Source: Eledone cirrhosa (Eukaryota). Taken from it: 64,000 nt of DNA. The notes under the pieces were generated by a model. It was given only the letters and a program-made list of their open reading frames with translations. It was not told where the DNA came from and made no database searches. How positions within the stretch are numbered: the stretch's first letter is position 1; each line of letters begins with the position of its first letter. A program made the translations under genes and the position numbers. The stretch covers positions 111,228,001 to 111,292,000 of the forward strand of contig OZ024744.1 in the NCBI GenBank assembly GCA_964016885.1, written 5' to 3'. Of this stretch, positions 63,006 through 64,000 are shown in pieces.

Positions 63006-63677
63006 TGTTATATTTGGGGAGGGTCATATTTGCGTAATATTGCCAGAATTAATAACAGAACACACTCACTGTTTGGTTGGTTTTCGCTTCTCGCTGTCTT
63101 TTATATATATATATCTGCGATCTAACTTACTCGGTCCTCAATGTTGCCATTGACTGACCGGCGGTCAAAAATAATACAGATACAATATAGACAAACACAT
63201 ATATATATAGTTTACATAATTTACATAAATCTTTCGTTGCACATCTGCAAAATCGTCAGTGGTGTTATATTCATTGTTCCTCCTGTTGTGTTGTATGTCT
63301 ACGCCATTTTTTTGTTCAGTCTGTCTATATATTTATTTATTTATTTGCTTGTTTGTTTATCTTATTTTATTTTGTCTTCTTTGCGCATGCGTTTGCGTGT
63401 GTGTATAGTGTTATGTGTGATGTGTGACTAGTGTGTATAGTGTTGTGTCTGCTGGGTGACTAGTGTGTGTTTATGTGCTTGTGTATGTATTTATTTATCT
63501 TATTTTATTTTTGACCGCCGGTCAGTCAATGGCAACATTGAGGACCGAGTAAGTTAGATCGCAGATATATATATATAAAAGACAGCGAGAAGCGAAAACC
63601 AACCAAACAGTGAGTGTGTTCTGTTATTAATTCTGGCAATATTACGCAAATATGACCCTCCCCAAATATAACAATAT
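63002..63677. mobile_element. Element with perfect 173-bp inverted terminal arms (63002-63174 / 63505-63677) and a 330-bp spacer; Penelope-like inverted pLTR structure or MITE
   Basis: The arms are exact reverse complements, including an internal (AT)6 run. The left arm abuts (TA)n. The spacer contains a hammerhead core on the minus strand. Confidence 0.75.
63224..63262 (-). ncRNA. Degenerate hammerhead-like motif
   Basis: Minus strand: CCA-CTGACGA-ttTTGCAgatgTGCAAc-GAAA-GATT-TA^TG. The core and stem II are intact and stem III (AGATTT) is self-complementary with G-U pairs, but stem I has only 2 bp. Confidence 0.45.
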
Positions 63678-63732
63678 CTGTTTCGACACACGATTTCATA
63701 TAAAAAACCTCGCAAAACTAATTCATCGCCGC

Positions 63733-63780
63733 TATATATATATATATATATGGATATATATATATATGAATATATATATG

Positions 63781-63811
<31 letters not shown>

Positions 63812-63874
63812 GTAAATATATATATGTATATATATATATGTAAATATATATATATATATATACATGTATATATG

Positions 63875-63938
<64 letters not shown>
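63733..63938. repeat. Imperfect (TA)n microsatellite
   Basis: Direct reading. Confidence 0.95.
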
Positions 63939-63939
<1 letters not shown>

Positions 63940-63940
<1 letters not shown>

Positions 63941-64000
63941 AAGTACCAGTAATGCACTGGGTGATTGCTGGCCTTGTGCCTAAAGTAGAAACAATTATAA
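63940..64000 (+). mobile_element. 5'-truncated SINE (3' part only)
   Basis: AAAGTACCAGTAATGCACTGGGTGATTGCTGGCCTTGTGCCTAAAGTAGAAACAATTATAA is the exact reverse complement of 61891-61951. Confidence 0.85.

Noticed and set aside
63678-63733. Minus-strand GCGATGAA...CGAAAC hammerhead-like spacing
   Set aside because: It lacks CUGA and has no supporting stems.
61206-63957. Tyr/Ile-rich ORFs
   Set aside because: They are translations of (TA)n microsatellites and AT-rich UTR-like DNA.

Overview
This is AT-rich, repeat-dominated eukaryotic DNA with no intact protein-coding gene. It is probably from an animal; the SINE and LINE types resemble, from recall, those of octopus/cephalopod genomes (inference). 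About 56 kb (3857-60223) is a C/A/T-rich satellite: a 108-bp-period domain followed by roughly 4,500 copies of a 12-bp monomer (ACCAACACTACT and variants) with nested kb-scale duplications, a 200-N gap and an indel-noisy stretch. Nearly all long ORFs in the track are translations of this satellite or of (TA)n. The left flank holds a 113-bp tandem array derived from a SINE tail, three tRNA-derived SINEs, an RTE LINE 3' stub and a decayed minus-strand RTE-like LINE ORF2. The satellite appears to interrupt this LINE within a single codon of its endonuclease domain. The 3.8-kb right flank contains three well-formed type I hammerhead ribozyme motifs plus one degenerate one, each in a Penelope-like retroelement remnant next to (TA)n. 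It also has two SINE copies, a 104-bp palindrome and a perfect 173-bp inverted repeat. All calls come from manual reading; no searches or folding programs were run.
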